In this document: positions 47,243-55,941 of the stretch, in pieces
Layout of the letters: each line of letters starts with the position of its first letter
How positions within the stretch are numbered: position 1 is the stretch's first letter
From: a virus
Taxonomy: Duplodnaviria; Caudoviricetes
IMG/VR virus record: IMGVR_UViG_3300017913_001553
Coordinates: 8,027-72,026 of that record
Length of the DNA stretch: 64,000 nt
Reading direction: 5' to 3' (one strand)
Program-made: the position numbers and the translations under genes
The notes under the pieces: generated by a model
Database searches by the model: none
What the model was told of the DNA's origin: nothing
Seen by the model: only the letters and a program-made list of their open reading frames with translations

Positions 47243-49546
47243 ATGACAAAAGAAATTTTTGTAACAAAAAGGGATGGTTCAAAAGAACCCCTTGATTTAG
47301 AAAAACTACACAAAGTTGTTTTTTATGCTTGTGACGGTATTACTGGCGTTAGTGCAAGTGAAGTAGAACTAAAATCACATATTCAATTTTATAATGGAAT
47401 TACAACATCAGAAATTCAAGAAACACTGATTAAATCAGCAGCAGACTTGATCTCAGAAGAGACACCAAATTATCAATATGTTGGTGGTAGACTGATTAAT
47501 TATCATCTACGAAAAGAAGTGTATGCATCTGCCACGCCATTACACCTACGTGAAATTGCACAAAAAAATATTGATATGGGATATTATGATTCTCAGTTCT
47601 TTGAACTTTATTCTGATTCTGAAATTGATCAGTTGAACAGTTTTATTAAGCATAATCGTGATGAAAATATTACATATGTGGGCATGGAACAATTTCGTGG
47701 TAAGTATCTAGTTCAGAACCGTGTGACAGGCACGATCTATGAGACACCACAGGTTGCGTATATGATGATTGCCGCAACTTTATTTTCAAACTATCCTAAA
47801 GAAACTCGCCTACGTTATGTTAAAGATTTTTATGATGCAGTAAGTAAATTTGACATCTCGCTTCCAACGCCAATTATGGCTGGACTACGTACACCACAGC
47901 GTCAGTTTAGTAGTTGCGTTCTAATTGAGACAGGAGATTCCCTTGATTCGATTAATGCTACATCAAGCAGCATTGTTAAGTATGTTTCTCAAAAAGCAGG
48001 TATTGGTGTAGGCGCAGGTAGTATTCGTGCTATTGGATCACCAGTACGTAATGGTGATACATCTCATACAGGTGTGATTCCATTTTATAAGATGTTCCAA
48101 AGTGCTGTAAAATCATGTTCACAAGGTGGTGTGCGTGGTGGTGCGGCAACTCTATACTATCCGCTATGGCACTTGGAAGTTGAAGACCTACTTGTTCTAA
48201 AGAACAACAAGGGTACAGAGGATAACCGTGTCCGTCACTTAGACTATGGTGTTCAGTTTAATAAACTAATGTATGAACGCTTGATTAAAGGCGAGAACAT
48301 TACTTTATTCTCACCTAATGATGTTCCTGGATTATATGATGCGTTTTTTAATGACCAAGACAAGTTCCGTGAATTATATGAGACAGCAGAGCGTAATACA
48401 CGTTTGCGTAAAAAGAGTATTCCTGCTAGTGAACTATTCTCTATGTTTGTTGAAGAGCGTAAAAACACAGGTCGTGTTTACTTGATGAACGTAGATCATG
48501 CAAATACACACGGTGCGTTTGATGAAAAAGTAGCACCTATTCACCAATCAAACCTATGTTGCGAAATTGATCTGCCAACAAAACCACTAAATCATATTTT
48601 TGATGAAGAGGGTGAAATTTCATTGTGTACACTAGCAGCAATCAATTGGGGTAATATTAAAGAACCAAAAGATTTTGAAAAAGTATGCGATTTAGCAGTT
48701 CGTGGACTAGATGAACTTCTAGATTATCAAAACTATCCAGTGATCGCAGCAGAACTATCCACAATGAAACGCCGCCCACTTGGGATTGGTATTATCAACT
48801 TTGCTTATTGGTTGGCAAAAAATGATACATCATATCAAAACCCCAATTTGGAATTGATTGATGAATGGGCAGAAGCATGGTCATATTATTTGATTAAAGC
48901 AAGTGCTAACCTAGCAGTTGAAAAGGGAAACATCGAAGGTGCCCATGAAACAAAGTATGGTAAAGGTATTACGCCGAATATGACTTACAAGCAAGAACTT
49001 GATGAATTAGTTCCGCATATTGAGCGTCAGGATTGGAATAGTTTACGTATTCAACTTTCAGAAACTGGAATTCGTAACTCTACTCTAATGGCACTTATGC
49101 CTGCTGAAACATCAGCACAGATTTCAAACAGCACAAATGGTATTGAACCACCACGTGCGTTTGTTAGTGTCAAGCAGTCAAAGCACGGTGTACTAAAGCA
49201 AGTTGTTCCAGAATTTAAAAAATTAAAAAATAAATATGACCTATTATGGGATCAAAAATCTCCAGAAGGTTACTTGAAAATCATGGCAGTTCTACAAAAA
49301 TACATCGATCAAGGAATTAGTGTTAATACAAGTTACAATCCAGAATTTTTTGAAGATGAGAAAATTCCACTTAGTGTTATGATTCAACATATTCTTATGT
49401 TCTACAAATATGGTGGTAAGCAGTTGTATTATTTTAATACATACGATGGTCAGGGCGAACTTGATTTTAATAATGAAGAGGCATCTTTGCCATTGTCAGA
49501 AACGCCTAATGACGATGATGGTGCATGTGATGCGTGTGTAATATAA
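47243..49546 (+). CDS. nrdA: ribonucleotide reductase class Ia alpha subunit
   Basis: ATP cone, TPIMAG, FSSC, SQGGVRGG, SNLCCEI, PAETSAQ, LYY and C-terminal CDAC. Confidence 0.98.
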   Translation: MTKEIFVTKRDGSKEPLDLEKLHKVVFYACDGITGVSASEVELKSHIQFYNGITTSEIQETLIKSAADLISEETPNYQYVGGRLINYHLRKEVYASATPLHLREIAQKNIDMGYYDSQFFELYSDSEIDQLNSFIKHNRDENITYVGMEQFRGKYLVQNRVTGTIYETPQVAYMMIAATLFSNYPKETRLRYVKDFYDAVSKFDISLPTPIMAGLRTPQRQFSSCVLIETGDSLDSINATSSSIVKYVSQKAGIGVGAGSIRAIGSPVRNGDTSHTGVIPFYKMFQSAVKSCSQGGVRGGAATLYYPLWHLEVEDLLVLKNNKGTEDNRVRHLDYGVQFNKLMYERLIKGENITLFSPNDVPGLYDAFFNDQDKFRELYETAERNTRLRKKSIPASELFSMFVEERKNTGRVYLMNVDHANTHGAFDEKVAPIHQSNLCCEIDLPTKPLNHIFDEEGEISLCTLAAINWGNIKEPKDFEKVCDLAVRGLDELLDYQNYPVIAAELSTMKRRPLGIGIINFAYWLAKNDTSYQNPNLELIDEWAEAWSYYLIKASANLAVEKGNIEGAHETKYGKGITPNMTYKQELDELVPHIERQDWNSLRIQLSETGIRNSTLMALMPAETSAQISNSTNGIEPPRAFVSVKQSKHGVLKQVVPEFKKLKNKYDLLWDQKSPEGYLKIMAVLQKYIDQGISVNTSYNPEFFEDEKIPLSVMIQHILMFYKYGGKQLYYFNTYDGQGELDFNNEEASLPLSETPNDDDGACDACVI

Positions 49547-49564
49547 AAATTGGAGATTTAGGGT

Positions 49565-50692
49565 ATGGCAGTTTTAAATACTGAAAATAAAAAACATCAC
49601 ACAGAAGCAATGGCATTTCTAGACGAAGGTCTGGGTATGCAGCGTTATGATGTTATGAAATATAAACAGTTTGATAAATTGACAGAAAAGCAACTTGGCT
49701 TTTTCTGGCAACCACAAGAAGTGGATGTTAGCAAAGACAGTAAAGATTTTAAAAATCTTACTGAACATGAGCAGCATATTTTTACATCAAATTTAAAACG
49801 TCAAATTCTTCTTGATAGTGTTCAGGGTAGAAGTCCAAATTTGGCACTTTTGCCTATCACTACACTTCCAGAACTCGAAACATGGATTGAAACATGGGCA
49901 TTTAGTGAGACAATTCACTCACGCTCGTATACACATATTATTCGTAACATCTATTCGGACCCAAGTGTTGTTTTTGATACTATGTTGGATAATAAAGAAA
50001 TCGTTGATTGTGCAGACGATATTTCAAAGTATTATGATGATCTAATTGAATATTCACAATACTATCAACTATTAGGCGAAGGTGAGCATACAGTAAATGG
50101 TAAAACAATTATTATTGATCGTCGTGAATTGAAAAAGAAAATCTGGATGTGTCTTAACAGTGTTAATGTACTAGAAGGTATCCGTTTCTACGTTTCATTT
50201 GCGTGTAGTTGGGCATTTGCTGAACTTAAAAAGATGGAAGGTAATGCTAAGATTATTAAATTCATCGCACGTGATGAGAACGTTCACCTAGGTTCAACGC
50301 AATATATTCTGACAAAGGTACTTCCAAAAGAAGACCCAGAGTTTGCTGAAATCGCAAAAGAATGCGAACCAGAAATTATCCAAATGTTTGTAGATGCGGT
50401 TGAACAAGAAAAGCAATGGGCAGAATATCTGTTCAAAGATGGATCAATGATTGGTCTAAATACAGAACTTCTAAATAATTACATTGAGTGGATTTGTTGT
50501 AAGCGTATGACTGCACTTGGACTAAAATGCCCATACACTACACCACAGGCAAATCCTCTGCCATGGACGCAAAAGTGGATTAGTGGCGCAGAAGTTCAAG
50601 TAGCACCACAAGAAACAGAGATTTCATCATATGTTATTGGTGGTACTAAAAAAGATGTCAATGAAGACACATTTAAAGGATTTAGTTTATGA
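49565..50692 (+). CDS. nrdB: ribonucleotide reductase class Ia beta subunit
   Basis: FFWQPQE, LDSVQGR, ETIHSRSY, EGIRFY, RDENVH and APQETEISSY. Confidence 0.98.
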   Translation: MAVLNTENKKHHTEAMAFLDEGLGMQRYDVMKYKQFDKLTEKQLGFFWQPQEVDVSKDSKDFKNLTEHEQHIFTSNLKRQILLDSVQGRSPNLALLPITTLPELETWIETWAFSETIHSRSYTHIIRNIYSDPSVVFDTMLDNKEIVDCADDISKYYDDLIEYSQYYQLLGEGEHTVNGKTIIIDRRELKKKIWMCLNSVNVLEGIRFYVSFACSWAFAELKKMEGNAKIIKFIARDENVHLGSTQYILTKVLPKEDPEFAEIAKECEPEIIQMFVDAVEQEKQWAEYLFKDGSMIGLNTELLNNYIEWICCKRMTALGLKCPYTTPQANPLPWTQKWISGAEVQVAPQETEISSYVIGGTKKDVNEDTFKGFSL

Positions 50693-50943
50693 TTACAATT
50701 TATGGAAAACCAGCATGTCCTAGTTGCACAAAAGCAAAGCAACTATGTGAGATGCGTGGATACGATTATGAATACCAAGAGTTAGGTAAAGATTTTGAAC
50801 GTGAGTTTATTTTGGAAACATTTCCAGGTGCACGTACATTCCCACAAATCGTCATTAATGGTGAAAAGGTTGGTGGATTTGAAGGTATGACAAAATATAT
50901 TGAAGACACAAATTATAATGGAACAGGGCACACGATCTCATGA
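50689..50943 (+). CDS. glutaredoxin
   Basis: CPSC active site, RTFPQI, GGF. Confidence 0.92.
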   Translation: MITIYGKPACPSCTKAKQLCEMRGYDYEYQELGKDFEREFILETFPGARTFPQIVINGEKVGGFEGMTKYIEDTNYNGTGHTIS

Positions 50944-51230
50944 TTATTGAAAAACCATATGATGTTGGTGACGTATTGAGCATCAAATTGTCAAGCGGTG
51001 AAGAAATGGTTTGCCGTTTAGAAAAAAAAGGTGAGAAAACGCTAACAGTTAAGAAACCTATGATGCTTGTTGCCGGACCAGATGGAGCAGGATTGGCACC
51101 ATTTATGTTCACAGTTGATCAAAACGCAAGTTTTAAAATTCAACTAAATAATGTTATCGTGGTAGTGAAAACCGCAAAAGATGCGGCAGACATGTACACC
51201 CAAGCAACAACAGGAATTGTAACAGTATAA
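50940..51230 (+). CDS. small beta protein (possible Sm-like fold)
   Basis: IKLSSGEE...L..PM.L...G...PF pattern. Confidence 0.45.
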   Translation: MIIEKPYDVGDVLSIKLSSGEEMVCRLEKKGEKTLTVKKPMMLVAGPDGAGLAPFMFTVDQNASFKIQLNNVIVVVKTAKDAADMYTQATTGIVTV

Positions 51231-51532
51231 TGCCAGCAGTAAGTCGCAAATCAGACAGTTTAAGTACAGGTCACGGTTGTGATGGATCAACTATTCTTGC
51301 GACACCTGCACAGGGTACTGTTTATGCTAATGGCAGATTGGTTGCCAGAATTACTGATAAAACAATTGTACACGCTATTCCAAGTGGTCCAGCGTGTGTA
51401 CCACACACCGAACAAGTACGTGCGGGTAGTGGAACAGTATATACCGAAGGACTAAAAACAGCACGTATTGGCGATGCCGCAGATGGTGGTAATATGACGA
51501 GTGGTTCGCCAAATGTTTATGCGGGCGGTTAA
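51230..51532 (+). CDS. PAAR spike-tip protein (T4 gp5.4-like)
   Basis: MPAVSR..D...GHGC; LVARITD; GSGTVY..G...ARIGD; GSPNVYAG. Confidence 0.9.
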   Translation: MPAVSRKSDSLSTGHGCDGSTILATPAQGTVYANGRLVARITDKTIVHAIPSGPACVPHTEQVRAGSGTVYTEGLKTARIGDAADGGNMTSGSPNVYAGG

Positions 51533-51540
51533 AAAATATA

Positions 51541-51569
51541 TTGACAATCGTGATTTTATTTGTTATAAA
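51541..51569 (+). promoter_or_regulatory. sigma70-like promoter of the tRNA cluster
   Basis: TTGACA, 17-nt spacer, TATAAA. Confidence 0.65.
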
Positions 51570-51596
51570 AGATAAATAAACATGGTAGTTAATAAT

Positions 51597-51672
51597 GCTC
51601 CTATAGCTCAGTTGGTAGAGCAACTGATTTGTAATCAGTAGGTCCGCGGTTCGAGTCCGTGTGGGAGCACCA
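51597..51672 (+). tRNA. tRNA-Thr(UGU)
   Basis: 76-nt cloverleaf; anticodon arm ACTGA-TTTGTAA-TCAGT; GGTTCGAG T-loop; encoded CCA. Confidence 0.95.
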
Positions 51673-51676
51673 TTAT

Positions 51677-51761
51677 GCGGTTGTGGTGGAATTGGTAGAC
51701 ACGCTAGATTTAGGTTCTAGTGCTTCACGGCGTGAGAGTTCGAGTCTCTCCAACCGCACCA
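51677..51761 (+). tRNA. tRNA-Leu(UAG)
   Basis: 85 nt with long variable arm; CTAGA-TTTAGGT-TCTAG; encoded CCA. Confidence 0.95.
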
Positions 51762-51871
51762 AATTATAAAAAATATTATATAGTACATTTTAATTAGTGG
51801 ACGTTACGATTAGGAAATTTTAATAATTGCGTAGGTTGCAAGACCCTATCATTTGGTAAAAAACTTGCTTT

Positions 51872-51947
51872 GGGGAATTAGCTCAGTTGGGAGAGCGTCT
51901 GATTTGCATTCAGAAGGTCATCGGTTCGATCCCGGTATTCTCCACCA
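51872..51947 (+). tRNA. tRNA-Ala(UGC)
   Basis: 76 nt; G3:U70 pair; TCTGA-TTTGCAT-TCAGA; encoded CCA. Confidence 0.95.
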
Positions 51948-51966
51948 TTTCACTCTGGAGACCTAA

Positions 51967-52908
51967 ATGAATTATTTTGAACTACAACCAGAGGAAAACA
52001 CTTTTCTCAATATCGTTGTAGATTTGACACACAAGTGCAATATGGAATGTGCTAACTGCTATATTCCAAATAGAGATATCCCTGATCTAGATAAAGATCG
52101 TTTAGAGGATTTCTTGACACGACTTCCGTTTAGAACATATATTAGATTGATTGGTGCTGAACCAACCATGCGTGATGATTTGCCAGAAATTATTGCCATG
52201 GTTAAGCGGTTAGGGCATCGTCCTAGTCTAACAACAAACGGACTTAAATTGGCACATATGCCGTATACGCAGAGTCTTAAAGATGTTGGATTGCGTCTAA
52301 TGCTTCACAGTATGAATGGGGCAGACGATGATGAAGCATATAAAGTATTAGATATGGGTAAATGGGCAGAAGTAAAAACACGTGCTCTGGATAATATCTT
52401 GGCATGTCGTCTACCTATCAATACAGGGACAATTATCGCACGTGATGTAAATGAGCACTGTGTTCGTCGTCAGGTAGAAGTATTCGAAAAGTATTGTCTA
52501 AAGAATGATATCAACCTAGATACAACAGCACCTTACAATAGAATTACGCCAGTGTTGCGTATGAAAAGTGTCGGCAGTCTTGGTCGTAATATGGGGAGTG
52601 ATTTGGCATTGGGTATTTCTGAATTGGCAGAAATCGCATCAGAAGAATTTAGCATTCCAATTGATGAAATTATCGCAAGTAAAGTTAGCGCAGGTGTTGT
52701 AAAAGCAGGCAACTATGGCGAAGCATTAACTAGTTTAATGTTTCCAGTTCATACAGCAGCAGGTAAACTTTTTATCCGTTTAATTGATTGGAGTGTAAAC
52801 GACGAGGGTGTTATTGATCATGATAACCCTAATCGTGGTAGATTAACACAAGACTTTAAAGTAGCACCATTTTTTGAACACGTTAAGAGGAATGAGTTTG
52901 GGTATTGA
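51967..52908 (+). CDS. radical SAM enzyme (MoaA-like core, no SPASM cysteines)
   Basis: DLTHKCNMECANC, LIGAEPT, LTTNG. Confidence 0.88.
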   Translation: MNYFELQPEENTFLNIVVDLTHKCNMECANCYIPNRDIPDLDKDRLEDFLTRLPFRTYIRLIGAEPTMRDDLPEIIAMVKRLGHRPSLTTNGLKLAHMPYTQSLKDVGLRLMLHSMNGADDDEAYKVLDMGKWAEVKTRALDNILACRLPINTGTIIARDVNEHCVRRQVEVFEKYCLKNDINLDTTAPYNRITPVLRMKSVGSLGRNMGSDLALGISELAEIASEEFSIPIDEIIASKVSAGVVKAGNYGEALTSLMFPVHTAAGKLFIRLIDWSVNDEGVIDHDNPNRGRLTQDFKVAPFFEHVKRNEFGY

Positions 52909-53497
52909 GGTTTATACAGCAACACACAAGGATGCTGATTTTAAAGATTATTGTGCGGCAATAGATAGGTTCCATTTACATTTAGAGAAACATGGAACTA
53001 ATGATAAACTTATTGAAAATTATCGTCCAAAAAGATTACAGTCACGTGATAGTATTGGAATCACTGTTTACTTGGATGATGGAGCATTATTGGGATTTAG
53101 CACAGTAATCACACGTGATATTTTTGGCAATGGGACACGTGTATTAAATCGCTTTGTAAAATCTCCAGTGTATAGATTTGAAAATGAACGCCGTAGAGTT
53201 AGTCAAGAAACAAAAGATATGATACAGCAACAATTAACGATTAGTCGTGAATTAGGGTTTGACTATTCGTTTATGAGCCGTTATACTACTACAAATACAA
53301 GTAATTTTGACCATTATGGAAAACAGTTAACATTTGCTGAGTGGAAGAACGAACCGGGAAGATACTGCGTAACTGAAAACTTTCATCATAAAACAAGTTA
53401 CCAGCATCTTATCTGGACTAGTTTTAATGATAATGTAAAAGAATTACCTATGTATTGGATAAGTGATGGAGAGTTCAATGAACTTGAAGAATTGTAA
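52892..53497 (+). CDS. GNAT-fold acyltransferase-like protein
   Basis: LLGFS...RVLNRFVKSPVYR motif-A-like segment; apparent paralogue of 62789-63346; GAGG RBS. Confidence 0.45.
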   Translation: MSLGIEVYTATHKDADFKDYCAAIDRFHLHLEKHGTNDKLIENYRPKRLQSRDSIGITVYLDDGALLGFSTVITRDIFGNGTRVLNRFVKSPVYRFENERRRVSQETKDMIQQQLTISRELGFDYSFMSRYTTTNTSNFDHYGKQLTFAEWKNEPGRYCVTENFHHKTSYQHLIWTSFNDNVKELPMYWISDGEFNELEEL

Positions 53498-54323
53498 GTT
53501 TGGATATATGATTGAAGATTTAGACTTCAATGACTATGATCCAAAAGAGATATTAAATTTAGTCGGTGATGGACGTTTCGTTGTTATTAGAAACAATGAA
53601 AGGGTATTGCCATCGCAAATGGTAAAGTTATATAAAGAATTAGGTACAGTAGTATCCCAAAATGAAAAAGTAGAAAGTGCAGGAGTAGATGGGTTCCGTG
53701 AGTTGGTTAAGGTTCGTAGTAATGGTATGTTTACTGGTAACGATGATGGTGAGCTTGAATATCATTGCGCAGGGATGAGTCGCACAGGTGGCGAGGATAT
53801 CGTTGCAATGTATATGTATGACAAAGGAATAAGTGGTGGTATAACATATTATACAGATTCACAAACGGCATTTGACGATTTGAGTGATGATGTAAAAGAT
53901 TTGTGTAGAAAAGTAAATAGCAAAATATTAACATACAGCAAGAAAACAAAACTTGAAGGTAGTTACTACAAAAAGATTTTTAATGATGAACAGACCATGA
54001 TGGAATTTCGTGATCCTGATGGTGAAAAAGTTTTTTTCAAGCAAACCCCACGAAAACAATTAGTGATTGAACATCCAATTAATGGAAAAGAGGGATTATA
54101 TTTCCCATGGAGTGTGATTAGAGGATTTACTGGGTTGGACCCACAGGAACAAAAAGATTTATACAGTCATTTAAAACAGCATACACTAAAAGAAAAATAT
54201 GTGTATGCTCATGAATGGCAAAATAACGATATTATATTGAGTGATCAGCATCATAGTTTGCATAGACGTGATGCCTATGAAGGTGATCGTGAACTTTGGA
54301 GAGCAGGAATATGGTTGAATTAG
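53478..54323 (+). CDS. TauD/TfdA-family Fe(II)/2-oxoglutarate enzyme with HxA motif (candidate halogenase)
   Basis: YHCAG at the HxD position; GGITYYTD, HPING, HEWQNNDIILSDQ and LHRR...R motifs. Confidence 0.8.
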   Translation: MNLKNCKFGYMIEDLDFNDYDPKEILNLVGDGRFVVIRNNERVLPSQMVKLYKELGTVVSQNEKVESAGVDGFRELVKVRSNGMFTGNDDGELEYHCAGMSRTGGEDIVAMYMYDKGISGGITYYTDSQTAFDDLSDDVKDLCRKVNSKILTYSKKTKLEGSYYKKIFNDEQTMMEFRDPDGEKVFFKQTPRKQLVIEHPINGKEGLYFPWSVIRGFTGLDPQEQKDLYSHLKQHTLKEKYVYAHEWQNNDIILSDQHHSLHRRDAYEGDRELWRAGIWLN

Positions 54324-55009
54324 AATACGGTGAAATTGATAATATCAATATTCGTGAACAATTATTAGAGCATGGATTATTAGTAATCCGCAATGCTGAT
54401 ATCTCTATGGATGAATTTAAAGAACGTGTGACATCTATGGGTAAACCACTGGTTACAACAAAGCATGTGTTGGATGATGATCGTGTTGTTCAAGAATTAA
54501 GTGAAAATGGTTTGTTTAGTAACAATGATGTGGATTGGCACAATGATTGGAGTTACGGTAGAGGTAATTATTTTGGAACTGCCTTGCGAAATGTAGAAGG
54601 TGGTGAACTAAGTGAAACACATTTTTGTGATATGACAAAAATTCCACAAAGTATTATGCGTATGTACGAGGGCAAGGTAGGAAAATATTATCCACCGCAA
54701 TCATTACATGATGTCTGCTTTACTGAAAAACAGTTACGAATTTTGGAAAAGCAAAAAGTAGAGCGTCCAATAGTTATGGATCATCCAATTACTGGAACGC
54801 CTCTTGTATTCTGTAGTCCTGGAACAATACAAAATGATGATATTGACTTGATGCCAATTATTCTTTATGCAGATGTAGATGCGTATAATTACAAACACAA
54901 ATGGAAACCAAATGATATTCTTATTTGGGACAATTATAGAATGATGCACAGACGTATGGCATTTGAAGGACACCGACTATTGTGGAGAATTCAATTCACA
55001 TTAGAATAA
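54311..55009 (+). CDS. TauD/TfdA-family Fe(II)/2-oxoglutarate dioxygenase (canonical HxD...H)
   Basis: WHND, THF.D, HPITG, HKWKPNDILIWDN and MHRR...R motifs. Confidence 0.88.
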   Translation: MVELEYGEIDNINIREQLLEHGLLVIRNADISMDEFKERVTSMGKPLVTTKHVLDDDRVVQELSENGLFSNNDVDWHNDWSYGRGNYFGTALRNVEGGELSETHFCDMTKIPQSIMRMYEGKVGKYYPPQSLHDVCFTEKQLRILEKQKVERPIVMDHPITGTPLVFCSPGTIQNDDIDLMPIILYADVDAYNYKHKWKPNDILIWDNYRMMHRRMAFEGHRLLWRIQFTLE

Positions 55010-55043
55010 AGTAAAAATTATTTAAAAAAGTAATAATTTATAC

Positions 55044-55072
55044 TTGACAACTCTATCTTTACAGTATAGTAT
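55044..55072 (+). promoter_or_regulatory. sigma70-like promoter
   Basis: TTGACA, 17-nt spacer, TAGTAT. Confidence 0.65.
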
Positions 55073-55102
55073 GATCTTATATGATTAACATAGGAGATTA
55101 AT

Positions 55103-55390
55103 ATGAGAGCAACAACATGCTCTGATGGAGTAAAACGAATTAACGCTAAAATTGAAGTTCCCATGACTCATGTGGATGTGAGTGATTACGTATTATCAGC
55201 AGTGTCTGGTGAGGTAATCACTCTTGAAAGTGTGCAACAATTAAACAAGCGACAACTACTACAAGTTGCAAAAGAAGAAGTATATAATTATGGTGTTGCT
55301 GTTCCGCGTCAACGTGCAAAAGAAGTTGATACTAAAACAAACATTATTATACGAAACTATGTAAAAAACATGTTTCCAGAGATCGATTAA
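55103..55390 (+). CDS. hypothetical protein
   Basis: GGAG RBS; clean ORF. Confidence 0.6.
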   Translation: MRATTCSDGVKRINAKIEVPMTHVDVSDYVLSAVSGEVITLESVQQLNKRQLLQVAKEEVYNYGVAVPRQRAKEVDTKTNIIIRNYVKNMFPEID

Positions 55391-55401
55391 GGAGAATAGA
55401 T

Positions 55402-55932
55402 ATGTTTAAGAAATTCGCAATCACAGCAACTGCTATTATGATCACGTCAGCGGCAGCAGCACAATCAACTGCTTATGCTACAATTACAAAAGTAGTCCCT
55501 AATTACACAAACGGTGGAACAACTCAACAAGCATATCAGAGTTGTGAAATTGTTAGTGTGCCAGTTACTCGCACAGAAACTGTTCGTGAAGGCGGCAGTT
55601 CGGGTGAGGGAGCATTGGCAGGAATGATTATCGGTGGTATTCTTGGTAAAGGAGTATCTGGTAACGATAAAGGTGCGGCAGCAGGTGCTGTAATTGGTGG
55701 CATTATTGGTGCTGATAAAGGCGGTAATGGTCGTACAGTTGAGCGCAATGTGACACGATATGAAGATCGTGAAGTGTGTACGACAAAATATCGTACAGTC
55801 CATGGATCACGCCAGATCAAAAATTATAAGATTACCTATGAATGGGCTGGTGTAACTGGAACAAGTTATACTTATAATTCATATAATGTAGGTGATCAGA
55901 TTCCGGTAACTGTTTCTATTAACGCAAAGTAA
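55402..55932 (+). CDS. secreted glycine-zipper (2TM) protein, YcfJ-like
   Basis: Signal peptide; GALAGMIIGGILG...GAAAGAVIGGIIG. Confidence 0.8.
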   Translation: MFKKFAITATAIMITSAAAAQSTAYATITKVVPNYTNGGTTQQAYQSCEIVSVPVTRTETVREGGSSGEGALAGMIIGGILGKGVSGNDKGAAAGAVIGGIIGADKGGNGRTVERNVTRYEDREVCTTKYRTVHGSRQIKNYKITYEWAGVTGTSYTYNSYNVGDQIPVTVSINAK

Positions 55933-55941
55933 GAGGTTATT

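Noticed and set aside
21212-50692. Introns, inteins or homing endonucleases in terminase, helicases, UvsX or NrdA/NrdB
   Set aside because: All have normal lengths and continuous motifs; no LAGLIDADG, GIY-YIG, HNH or intein splice motifs were seen.
51762-51871. Fourth tRNA (Cys-like GCA loop) or tRNA-associated ribozyme between tRNA-Leu and tRNA-Ala
   Set aside because: Only a short GGT-TGCAAG-ACC hairpin is present. No acceptor stem, D or T arm, or HDV-like fold could be built.
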